Shown: positions 38,633 to 50,594 of the stretch, piece by piece
How the letters are laid out: the number at the start of each line of letters is the position of its first letter
How positions within the stretch are numbered: the stretch's first letter is position 1
NCBI RefSeq assembly: GCF_964204645.1
Contig: NW_027437434.1
Span: 1 to 64,000, forward strand
Length of the DNA stretch: 64,000 nt
DNA from: Tubulanus polymorphus
Taxonomy: Eukaryota > Animalia > Nemertea
Direction: 5' to 3'
Translations under genes and position numbers: made by a program
The notes under the pieces: model-generated
Told to the model about the DNA's origin: nothing
The model's input: only the letters and a program-made list of their open reading frames with translations
Databases searched by the model: none

Positions 38633-39552
38633 TTATTGTCCTCCGCGCAGCGTAGGCCGCGAGCAGGGGACTTGGTATCCGCCTATGTCCGTTCGTCTGT
38701 CCGTCCGTCCGCATGAGCTTGTGAACGTGATTCAAGAAGAACCGTTGACCGCATGACTATGATATTACACAGTATGATTACCCCTAGGGAGAGGATGTGC
38801 CCTATTGATTCTGGGGTCCAAGGATCGAAGGTCAAGGTCACTACAGGTCATTCATGTGAAACTTTGTGAACGTGATTCACGAACCGTCGATAGCAGGACC
38901 ATGATATTACGTAGTATGATTACTCCTAGGGAGAGGATGTGTCCTATTGAATCTGGGGTCCAAGGACCAAAGGTCCAGATCACTACAAGTCAATCATGTG
39001 AAACCTTGTGAAAGTCATTCAAGAAGAACTGTGGATAGCAAGACCATGATATTACGTAGTGTGATTACCCCTAGGGAGAGGATGTGCCCTATTGATTCTG
39101 GGGTCCAAGGATCAAAGGTCAAGGTCACTACAGGTCATTCATGTGAAAGCTTGTGAACGTCATTCAAGATGAACCGTTGATAGCAGGACCATGATATTAC
39201 GTAGTATGACCATGATATTACGTAGTATGATTACCCCTAGGGAGAGGATATGCCCTATTGATTTTGGGGTCCAAGGATCAAAGGTCAAGGTCACTACAGG
39301 TCATTCATGTGAAACTTTGTGAACGTAATTCACGAACCGTCGATAGCAGGACCATGATATTACGTAGTATGATTACTCCTAGGGAGAGGATGTGTCCTAT
39401 TGATTTTGGGGTCCAAGGACCAAAGGTCAAGGTCACTACAGGTCATTCATATGAAACCTTGTAAACACGTTTCAAGAAGAACCATTCATAACAGAACAAT
39501 GCTATTTCATAGTATATTTACCCCTGGGGAGAGGATGTGCATTAGTGATTTT
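38633..39552 (+). repeat. HINE-like head with (GTCC)n and about 5.7 copies of a 142-146-bp satellite
   Basis: Unit starts at about 38717, 38861, 39002, 39148, 39314, 39456; explains the repeated ORFs MILGSKDQRSRSLQV. Confidence 0.88.
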
Positions 39553-41309
39553 GGAGTGTTCGCAACACGGCTGATTTACTGATAGTCATCGCATTTTTAG
39601 TGATGAGTCTGATATTTACATGGCTGGAATACTTGTTGTATCATTATTAATTGAAGTCATTTTATTAACGTTCGCATTAGCAATCCATTTTGGAGCCTGA
39701 TTATTTGTATAAGTTTGTTAACTGCGAGATATTGGAGCGTTTGCGTTGAAAATAGTCGTGTACAGTCGCGTGGGCAATATAGCCTTTTTACTCTCGTGTT
39801 CACTGCGTGTATGTATCAGTTATAGAGTACGGGCGCCATGGTGTAGGTCGCGCGTAACAACGATTTGTCTGAGTGAAGATGTAAGCTACTTAAAGCAATC
39901 ATGTCGTGAAATTATAAAAAATCATGTCAGTCGATAAACTTTGTTTCGTCAGTAACCGGCACTGACTGGCCTCAAATTTGAAGAACTTGGGAGCTTCTGT
40001 CCTGATTGGTCCGTATGATAAAAATGAAAAAACCTCCGATGAAACCCAGGCTCTCACCAAGTTTGTACCGTATCTAATCGGGTCACTCATAGTTTTAGTT
40101 GTTTTACATCGTTCAAGGGACGTATTACAATTATGAACATTTGTTCAGACAAAAGGCCCATAATCAATTTTTCGAAGATTTCATTTGTGTTAAAAGTCAG
40201 TTATCATTAAAAGTTCACACTGACCAAAATTGAGTCCTTTTTTATATATTTTTTTTCTTGTTTAATTTTCAATGAAATGAATTTTTGCATACCGGTAGCC
40301 TACGTGACAGATTTTTTACTTCACCAGTTTGGTGAGCCACTGGACCATTGGTCCTTTATTTACCTGTTACCTGCTGCATCCGGGGGTTCAAATCTCCAGT
40401 TTTCACGTGCAATGAGATTCTCATTAGGAAATGAGATTTGTACTGTTTTTGCTTCTATGGATTTTCAATTATCTAGACTCTCTACCTAAGATCTATATAT
40501 GTTTCTATCTTTAGTTCTATTACCTTGGGCCTCCATGGGGAGAAGAAATTTTGAGTAAGTGATTAAGGGCCCCAGTATCTCGGGCACAGGTCATGTCGGT
40601 CCCGAGATCCCATATGGTCTCTAAGGCACTGGTGATCACACCACATAATGGGCCACTTTAAAAATGCTCCTTTTCACGTGCAATGAACTAATAAGTCAGG
40701 AGTTCTACGTTTAAAAATCACCCGTGGTTTCCATAGTGTATCAGTAATCCAGTAGATAACATGAGCCCTGGTGTAGGTCTGGCGTAACTAGGACTTTTCA
40801 GTGAAGGTGTAAGCTTGAGTCACATTGTTTTAAGCTTAGCCTTTTCATGCCTGCCTACTAAAAGCAATCCTATCTTGAAACTATTGTAAACCATGTCAGT
40901 CGATAAACTTGAATCCATCAGTAACCGGCACTGCCCTAAAATCTGAAGAACTTGGAACTTCCGTGCTGATAGGTTTTATCATGAAATGAGTTTTGTTATC
41001 ATTAAAAAAGCTCCAATGAGACCAGGCTCTCTCAGCAAGTTTGTACCTTTATAATAGAAACCCATTATTTACAGATTATAATAGAATTAAAAACCAATGA
41101 TCTTATTTGATCAAAAATAGATTAAAAGACAGCGTTTTGATCTCACCCTAGATATTGTCAGTGTGAAATTTTGACTAAAGAAGAAATGCCACCAAAAAAA
41201 ATGCCACCAAATTTTGCAACATGAGAACAAATGCCACCGGCAAAAATGTCACATTTGTATAGTAGGAATGAATGCAACCACGATAAAATAATTATTAGTA
41301 GTTATTTAC

Positions 41310-42619
41310 CAGTGTTTTCATAGATAGCCAGGTGTCGGGTCCCGGACCCGTCTGTCAGTCCTTTTAGACCCGGCTGATTTTTTCAACCCGACATTGTTCC
41401 CGGCGGCTATCAGCACGACTGTGTATTTTCTGGTCAGAAGTATTTGTGAATATATGCTTCACACACGCATCACTCGACTACTGCCGATTGGTTTGACTCT
41501 ACTCACTATTGCTAGCTATGAGAAAAGTTAAAGTTTTCCAAGAAATTGTCAATGTTCCAATCAGCTGTCAGCGAAGCTAGAAGTGCCACGCATGTTGGCT
41601 GTTGCTACAGGATTCCGTTCGTAGCGGGCCTTACAATCATTGAATTATCAAAGGGGAAATTCAAGGCCTTGAATTCAGCAAGGGTCTTCAAAATCGATTT
41701 AGGGGCCTCCAATTTAAAAAATGTTGCAAATCTATAAAATAATGATTATTTTTGTAATAATGGAAATCTTGGCAACAGTGTGACGATGTTTGGTGCAAGA
41801 TATATAAATTGTATTGATTTCTTTTCAATGTTGTACGGAAGGTGTCTATTTTGAGTCATTGGGGAAACCCACTACCACAAATATCCATGATTAATCATCA
41901 TACAGTTGTGTAAGATTTTACGGGATCATGTCCATTGACGGATTTTCATACAAATTTCTTGGCTCAAGGGGACACATGATAGGCTTTTTTAATAAAGTGG
42001 AGCACAGATCCCCTTTGAATTTATTGTATATTACTTTAAAACAAACTTTTTCCTGACATTTCCGTCTTGATTTATGATCTAATGATCGTTTGAAGGAAGT
42101 AAGATTTCTCATCTTTGGAATCCAATCAAATCCAGTTTTCATTCTTTATTTTTCTGCAGTCCTACCAAGATTTTACATGGAAAATACTCAAAGAAGGAAG
42201 CTATGATCCCTTCCATTTTGATAGATCCGTGATCTTGAAAATTAATATATTTCATAGATTGTAAATTTTATTTTCCCCTTCAACCTTTCATTTATGCTGT
42301 TAAAATTAGTAGGCCTACTCCAACCAATTTGATAAAGGGCCTTAGGATAGGCATTTGGTCACTGGCTCGAAAAATTGCAAATTTCTTAAACAGTTGCTGC
42401 AGTTGGCAGTGAAATTTACATAAGATAGGCATTCAATGGCAGTGAAATTCACTTTTCTAGGCTGATTTACTTAGGTTAGAAAAAAGTGCGTTTAAGTGCT
42501 TATATTTTTCCTATAGCATTATAACTACGAACCCTGTTTTTGGCCTTCAGTCAAAGTTGTTCGAGACCCTGCTGTTTTACTAAATGACATGACGGCTAAA
42601 ATGATTAATGAAAACACTG
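41310..42619. mobile_element. hAT-like element with 5-bp TSD
   Basis: CAGTGTTTTCAT ... ATGAAAACACTG termini; TTTAC on both sides. Confidence 0.68.
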
Positions 42620-43520
42620 TTTACATACCGAGATTTTGGTTGACTGCATTAATTATCAATCATTTCATCAGTGATCTGTTTTCTATTGATTATTTCCAAC
42701 TAACTATTGTATTTGGCTGTTTTTCAGTACCCCTAAGTTTCCCCACTTTAAAATCTTAAAAATAGTTTGTGGCTGATTTTATGTTGTATGTTGTACCCTA
42801 GCTTGTACTTATATTTACTATTTTGGGCGGAGGTATTATGGGCGTATCCCGTACCTTAATGGTTGTAGGTAAAACCCACCTGGGTAAAAATCCCCAAATA
42901 TCCAAAGTAGGTAAAAATCCCCACTTGGTGATTTCCAAGAACATTTCAAAGCAAGATGTTTCTACAATCTTATTCATTTGCAATGAGACTGAAATATGTT
43001 TGATCTGTGAAATGAAATCTTTCGTAGTGATAAATTCCTAAATTAACGCTTTGAATAAAATAAATTGTTAGAATTAATAAGAAAAATGAACTTTTTATTC
43101 GTAATATCTTAAAATTCGAACTGAAATATTTTTGAACTGTGAACTCTTGTTAACTTGTGGTAGATTTTGAGCTGTGCATGCCGTAATTTATTGGAAATAA
43201 TGAACATTTAATTTGAAATATTTTAGATTCAAGCTAGTGCAGTATATTTGAAATGTGCGATGAACCCTTTCATTGAGATGTGTGATTGATCACTTTAATA
43301 AAACTCTATTATTAATGAACTATTAATTTGTAGTATGTTTTAATTAGAATAGTATATACTATAGTTTGTATGCTCATGATATCCTTATGGTGTTTCTTAT
43401 GGTCATATGAAAAGATTGGATATATGTTAATGATATGAATAAATTGAACTTAAGACATTGGCCACAGGACCGTTGGTCCTTTATTTTCATTAATGTTTTG
43501 ATATTTAATGCATTTTTCAG

Positions 43521-43605
43521 AAATATTACCATGGTGAATCAATTGCTGTAAACGTTTTAGTTGATAATAACACAAGTAAAAGTGTCAAAAAGATCAAGAT
43601 ATCAG
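43521..43605 (+). CDS. ARRB: beta-arrestin coding exon (85 bp), [28 protein letters not shown]
   Basis: ttttcAG|AAA...TCAG|GTatgt; YYHGE and NNTxKxVKKIKIS motifs; phase 0 to 1. Confidence 0.95.
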
Positions 43606-43635
43606 GTATGTCTCCTAACAACAAGTGTTTACCAG

Positions 43636-43772
43636 GGTAACAGGTAAAAATCCCCCAAATTTGATTTCTCAGCAAACTATGATAAAGTACTTGAATATTC
43701 TTATCTTGAAAAACTTAAATAGTTTGGATATTTAACGGGAGGAAATTTACCAGGGGATTTTTACCTACATTC
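43636..43772. mobile_element. small MULE-like MITE
   Basis: AGGTAAAAATCCCC / GGGGATTTTTACCT inverted ends; GTTTACCAG duplicated on both sides. Confidence 0.65.
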
Positions 43773-45204
43773 GTTTACCAGGACTCAGTCTCACAGAGTT
43801 CAATATGACTTCAGGATTATTTGATTTTTATTACCTTATCTTAACAACTGTATAGCCTCTCAGCATATTATTTGCCATTCATTATGTGAAGGGCGGGACG
43901 ATCACTCTGAAAATATGGTAATGAAATATAATTTTGATCATTTCTAATTGCGATGATAATTTTTTCACCGGGTCGTATACTCTGTTTTTTTGTGGTGACA
44001 TTTTCTTTCTAGGAGTGTGTTGACAATTTCAAAATGGCTCAGGATTGATTTCCCATCTTTGTATATCATCATTTTTAAATGTTTTCAGAAACAAGTAAAA
44101 TTACTTATGATATTGAAATGATTTTTCAATGTTAATTAATAAGACATTTTCTATGATATTTCTTTTAGGTTTGTCACATAGCCATCACAGATAGTAACAG
44201 TCAGTTACTGGGGTTAGCACTGGTCTTTATATTGGGGTCCTGGGTTGAATTTTGAAATGGTACATGGCCATTTTGTTATTCTGAAACAAGCTGCGTTGTG
44301 TACTCTGCTGTTGGAGACAGTTAGAAATTATCGAATTGGGATTTGAATAATTCAGTAGCTAATGTAGGTGAATTGTTTTCTTTCTATTAGTTTTTCTGGG
44401 TTGTTTCACCCAATTGATACGTGGAAATCAATATTTTCGAATTCTGTTGAGTTGGAAAAATCATTACGTACGTGCTTGAAATGCTAATAACAGTTTATTT
44501 TGGAATTTTGTCTTGATCAGACAATGGCATTGATGCTAAGGTAATGCCTACAAATACCATTTCTGTTACAAAGTAATGAACATTTAAAGTTTAGTTTTTT
44601 TTTCCGCGAATATTGTTTCATCTGGAAAATAACATTGTTCTCATTGGCTTTTGATGATGAATTCCCTATAATCTGAACACTTATGTCACATAAACGAAAA
44701 GTTATCATTGAATATATCATAATCATAGCCACCTGGCATCAATGATGAACTTAGGATTGTTCACAATTTCACAAAATTATCTGCAATTCAATCAAATCTA
44801 TTGGAGCTTTACACTAATTTAATTCAATTTGATAAAAGATAATGGCTATTCAGTGGGGAAACAGGACACCGACTCAAGTCAATCTTATTCAGTGGTGTAC
44901 CAGGACAAGTATTCAATTGCATTTGGAAATCACAGTGATTTTGACTAATGAAAAGTCTGAAGTATGAAATTTTGGTAGCTGTCATTAGCACTCAGGAATT
45001 TCACTATGTGGTGTCAATAAGATCTTTTTGTCGCATTCGAATCCTCGCTGGGTGTATTTCCGTAGTTCTTGTGCCGTTTAAAGCCGATATTTGCGCGAAT
45101 TCTATTCAGTCTATTTGAAATTGATTAATCCTTCTCTGGCTCATTTGTCAGGTCAAGGGAGAAGTTTGTATTTGCCATGACTGGTGAAAACTCTTAAATA
45201 CTAT

Positions 45205-45960
45205 TTTTTATCTCGGGCTAAGCCCGAGATGTTGTAATGGGTCCAAAAATCGAATTTTTGCTAACAAATGAGGTTATAACTTTGACACGAAGTCATGCAA
45301 TCTACTATGTTTATTTAGCAAAATGTAGCTTCATCATGCGGCTAAAATCTGTTGGAAATGGAATTTTAAATATCGCGTTCATTTAAGAGAAATCGACGAA
45401 TTTGTGGCGATTTTTAATTTTAGAAATTTCAAGGAGCATTTTGTTTCATAAAACGGCTAGAAGACCGATGTACAACATTACATTGAAGTGAAATAACTGC
45501 TCCCTGCGGTTGGCTGAGCTCCCGCTGTCAATCAATGTAAGGGCATATTCGATTGACGCAGACAAACCGGTCTTTTAATCTTCTCATCTATTAATCTGCT
45601 CGGTTCTAGTTTCTCATTTCCCAGTCATGGGAGAGTCTTATATGTTTATTTTTAATTTGATAGCCGTAGTATCGAATCCGTCTCCCCATATCTATTTCAT
45701 TATGCAAATTACCGAAGATTCAATCGATACGCTACTTCACGGAAGATTATGCGCGCACAATCGAATAGGCCGAAACCTCGTGTATTGCCGCGATGATTGC
45801 TGATTGGATTTCGATGATGTTGTTCACTGAAATCAGCTGATTTTACACATCCATGAAGTGTTCAAGGAAAACCATTAAGATGCATCAATCAGATGGCGCC
45901 TATACATTACAAAGATAACATTCTGCACCCGAGATATTAAGATCCTTGGATCTCTTGTTT
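45205..45960 (+). mobile_element. HINE-like family H5, single complete copy
   Basis: 5' hairpin ATCTCGGG-CTAAG-CCCGAGAT; 3' CCCGAGAT plus hairpin AGATCC-TT-GGATCT then CTTGTT; T-rich flanks. Confidence 0.75.
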
Positions 45961-46415
45961 TTATATTATCCTACACTGATAGAAAATGCAAGGTAAAATC
46001 CAAGTTTATCACGATGCCGAATAGCTCATTTGCTGTTTATTTCCATGCATTACAAGTTTTGGTTATTTTCTAGTAAATAGTCAAGGTTCATATGATGTAA
46101 GATTTGATAAGGTGGGCCACCAAAATTGTGTCCTTTTGCCCCCCCCCGAAATTCATCCAATTTCAAATTTTTAAGTGCGACAGTTTGTTAGGTTTGAATT
46201 CCATTAAAAGTCGACTTGGTTTTAACTCGAACCAGCAGTTTTGGGATAAATCCAATTCCCATCAATTTAAGTGAACTTTTATTGAATAGTATCTTGTGCT
46301 TGTTTGAACTCTCGTCATATCAAAAGTAATTTGTAGGGTCTTACACTGATACATGTATAATACATTGACGTAATTGTTACTGTCATATCAGGTTTGAATC
46401 CCCGACAATAAACAA

Positions 46416-47438
46416 TTTTTAACCCACTTGGGACTTTAGTCCCTGCGGGCTATTGCATTCACTTTTTGTCAGTTGTCCGTTCGTAGACGGAATCCCTTTA
46501 TTTTTGGAAGTCATAATATTTGTACACATGTATCTACCCTAGACACAACTTCAGCCCAAAAACTGGCCATATCAGAATCAAGATGGCCGACTGGCATCCA
46601 TTGTTGACCCCTAAAGGCCCATCAGCGTAAAAAAAGTTTGGTTGATCGGACTCAAGATGGCTGTCCCATGTACTTTTTGGTGCCCAAAAAATGTCAATTT
46701 TGGCCCGAATTCTGAGTCTGTAACTTCCTACTGGTTTACCATTTCTCATTGCAATTTGTGATGGTCACTCTTCGGAAAGGGATCTTTTATACCTGACACA
46801 GGTATTTTTGATCAGCCAATAATGATGCAATTGGCGGCTAGCTTGGTGTCATCTGTACTCATTCATAGGTGGGATTGACACATTTGTGTTTTTCCACATT
46901 ATATTGATACCTAAGCATATTCTGTTACCACTATCAAATGGAGAGCGGTAGCTCATTGCGTGTTCTATGATTTTGTTGAGTTTCAAGGTCACTCCTTTTT
47001 GTATATGGCCACTAGAAGGCGTTGAATAATACACAAACTTAGTATTTCTATATCATAATAGAAGAATAACTTAGTATTTCCTTATTGTATTAGTAACTAG
47101 GCATATTTTGTTACCATGATCAATTGCGAAGTTGTAGCTCATGACATGTTCTATGATTGTAGTGAGCTTCAAGGTCATTAGGTTTTGCATATGGTCAGCA
47201 GGGGGCATTGAATAATAGAGTAAGTTAGTATTTCCATATTCAATTGGTAACGAAGCATATTTTCTTATCACAATCAATTACAAAATAATAGCCGCTGACA
47301 TGTTCTATGATCATGGTGAGTTTCAAGGTCATTGGTTTTGTATATGGTCGCCAGGGGGCTTTGAATATTGAAATTGTTAGATTGTTGAGCATTTGAAACC
47401 ACTCTCCAAGTGGGCATGGTGTCCCTGGACCCCTAGTT
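46416..47438 (+). mobile_element. HINE-like family H1 copy (internally deleted)
   Basis: Same termini and 153-bp repeats. Confidence 0.8.
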
Positions 47439-50400
47439 CCATTTCTATTTATGATTTCGTAAGGTTGCATATTAATGATGCTGCTAAGCAGAAAATACAT
47501 AATCACTGCTTTGCAGCTACACATGTATAATCAACAATTTTATTCGCACGATTATGAGAAAAGGTCAGTGGAGGCTTTTAATTTTTGATACGAAATGTAG
47601 TACACGCCTTAGGTTCGCTCTAGCACTTGTATGAATGTTTTGTTTCAAATTGCATTCAAATGAATTTACCTGCTATTCTTCGTTATAGGCACATGTATAT
47701 TACATTGCAGAACAATGAGGCACTGAACTATGGCATCTGTCAAATATTGTGTGGTACAGTGCAGCTTAGAATTTACCTTGGTAAATAGCGCTTCGTTTGC
47801 ACGTTAAATGTGTGGAACCAATTGAAAGGTAGCGTACACGTGTTAGGAATACGTTTGGATGCCGATGGAATGATGTACGGTTCAAGTTTTAATCATATTT
47901 CATTTCTTTCCAAAACGCCAATTAATATCCGTTAAAAACATAAATGAGATGGAAAAAAGTTAAGGATGTTATGTTATTCTAAGCAGTACCGCAGAAAAAC
48001 AGTGCTTAGGTATGAATGGGCCTAGATAATCGCTATTAGTGAACTATAATCATTGCGTCACACAGACTACCTGCTTTTGTATTGATCTTTTCACATTTGT
48101 TTGCTAAGTGCATGTATAGGAAACGAGCACTTCGCGTGTGGCCTAGTTAAAGTTTTCCAAGACACTGCAAATGATTTTAGCAACTGCATGCCGCTGAAGT
48201 AAACACTGAAGGCAAGTGGGTAAATTCTGAATCTCCGAAGTTTAGGGATTAAACTTGCACCATCATGTAAGTTCAAGAAAGTCAAATTAAGAATCTTGTT
48301 TCTTGTTTGATATTTCCATCGGATTTCGCCTTTTTGGATGATACTTCATCTTCCCTGTTTGATGTTCAAATCTGCTTCTATTTGCCATATCTTTTCTATT
48401 TGCCATGACTTTTCGGTACAGCGTCGTTGAAGTTGTTGCTAAAACTATACGTAGTTCACTTTGAAGCATTACTGTGCAAAAAATCTGTAATATAAAGATG
48501 AGGGTGTATGATTCTTGGATTCCCACAGTAAGCATTTGATGCCCTTACTGATAAAATTGTGGAAAGCCTAATCCTGGACAGAAGACAGAATAGGCAAGGC
48601 CTTTTTAAAGAGCTCGAGGAAAGGAAGAACGGGAAAGAGGAATTCAGATATTATTCAGTGTGTTGCTCACTTTTAAGTCACCGCTATCAGTGTAATGAGT
48701 TTCCATAAATAGCGCCCCTGGAGGCAGTCTCACACAGTGATGGTGATGCCAGAGCTAATATGATAAGTGGGTAAAATTGTATTACATGTACAGGTATTTG
48801 AAAGCTGGATATTACTGATATCATGTGGCAGGTTTTTGTCCCCTGTGAACAACTTTTGGCTGTTATAGACAACATTAGAAATATTAGTTTTTATAGTCAA
48901 AAGATAATCAGGATCCATTACTTGTTGAATCTAATTTTGATCCTTCTTCAATCAATTGCAATGATAGATTCATTAGGGTTTTCTGTTTCTCCACAGCAAA
49001 AAACCCTATTGATATTCACGTGATTTTTTATTCCCTTTTCTACACTATTTTCGTCGAAAGTACATAGGCTTTTTTACCTTATCGCTGTTTCTGATACAAT
49101 CCGTTTAATTTTTGTGCTCACCTCGATCTACAGATACTCCTGGCGAATTTTGATTAATCAATGTTAAAAAAACTCTGTGGGGCCGTAAACATCGAAAAAT
49201 TGAGCCCCATTCAATGAGGCGACATGTTTTTCTGAGTCGTCATCCTGAAATCCACCACAGGCTGCTGGTCACTTCGATTATCAATTCAAGTATAAATCTG
49301 CCTCAAGACTTCACATACAGCTGCAGTCTTCAAACAGTTTTTAACAATTACCCATTTTCTTCATCAGTACACTCAACCGATCCACAGGATATTTACTGCT
49401 CTAAATATTATACGCACTTTTGAGCTGTAAAGATCGATGAACCAACGTGTGTCTTTACATCGTCGTTCCGCGGATCCGCCGCAAGTATTCCTCGCCATGA
49501 GAATCAAATCAAGTACAAATAAATTTATTACTCCCAGTGATTTGGCCGACAGTTCAAACAGTTTGTTTAACAATAGTCTATTTTCCTTTACAGAATTTAC
49601 CGGATATTTAGTAGAATATATCATTTAAGTACCATTTAAGTACTGGCGAGTTGTAGGCCTAAACTAAACATGCTGAAAAGATGCAGTGGAGAAAAGCTGT
49701 AGTGTTGACGAGGTATCAAAATAAATGAGTTTATTTTACTTGAAAAAAGAAATTATAAGGCACTGAACAGGAAGACTGATAGACCTTATTTTTTGGCTGA
49801 TCTTCTCTAACACCTGAACTATTTGTTTACATGTGAAGAGTGAGGATCGAAGTTTTGAAACCCTATTGGGGGACAATTCTATGGAAATAGAGTTCTCTTA
49901 GATGCATTCTTCCTAAATTTTGATATACATTTAAATAGGAAATGGGCAACATTTTTCAGCTCAGAATTTTTTCGAATAGGTAGAAAATATGCAAGACAGC
50001 ATGAGATAAAAACACATGAAAAGATCTTTGGCTTCAGATTCAAGAAACCGTGCTTGCCAGGGCGGCCTGTACTTTGTTCTACCCTAAACTTTTTTGCAAA
50101 GCGCTAAGCTGTAGTTGCCAGAAAATTATATTCAATGAACTATGTGGATAGTTTTTAGGCGCATGAAGGGCTTACCTGTCAGTGAATTGTCTATATCGGT
50201 TTTACCTGGCAATGAAGCTACGCAGTTAGTGGTTTAGACTGACTGGGAGAGGATCGGTAGATTATTGTCTCTGCAGGGTTCTACACTATAGCCCGGATTT
50301 TATTGGATTCAGCACAGCTGAATCTATTATTATAAAACGGAGTGCTGAATTCGTGTTGACTGCTATCTCCTCCGAGTGTGAAATGATTCACGGGCTAAGG

Positions 50401-50594
50401 TCTGCATTTAGTTGGCTGTTATAACGGCAGCTAAATGGCAACTGCTTTTGAAGGCTATTGATGAAATCTAAATTGGGTAAATTTGCAATTTTATGCCGTT
50501 TTTGGGGATTTTAGCGATGTAGTGTGACGTCGTCTTGATCTACTAACGTAAACAACAAGAGCAGAATTGTGCAACATTTGCTGTCGAAGTAGGC

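Noticed and set aside
38805-39582. Repeated ORFs MILGSKDQRSRSLQV... as a repeat protein or CRISPR-like array
   Set aside because: Whole 142-146-bp units repeat with no unique spacers and the frame shifts between units; it is a satellite inside a HINE-like element
42861-43772. A TIR element apparently enclosing the 85-bp arrestin exon (exon capture)
   Set aside because: The right-hand ends belong to a separate 137-bp MITE with its own GTTTACCAG duplication
44200-44330. Possible tRNA-derived SINE head
   Set aside because: A/B boxes too degenerate and no second copy in the window
45080-45115. GCCGATATTTGC (ADIC) as the next arrestin exon
   Set aside because: Flanking codons do not give VRQ[YF] or LF..QYKC and there is no suitable acceptor
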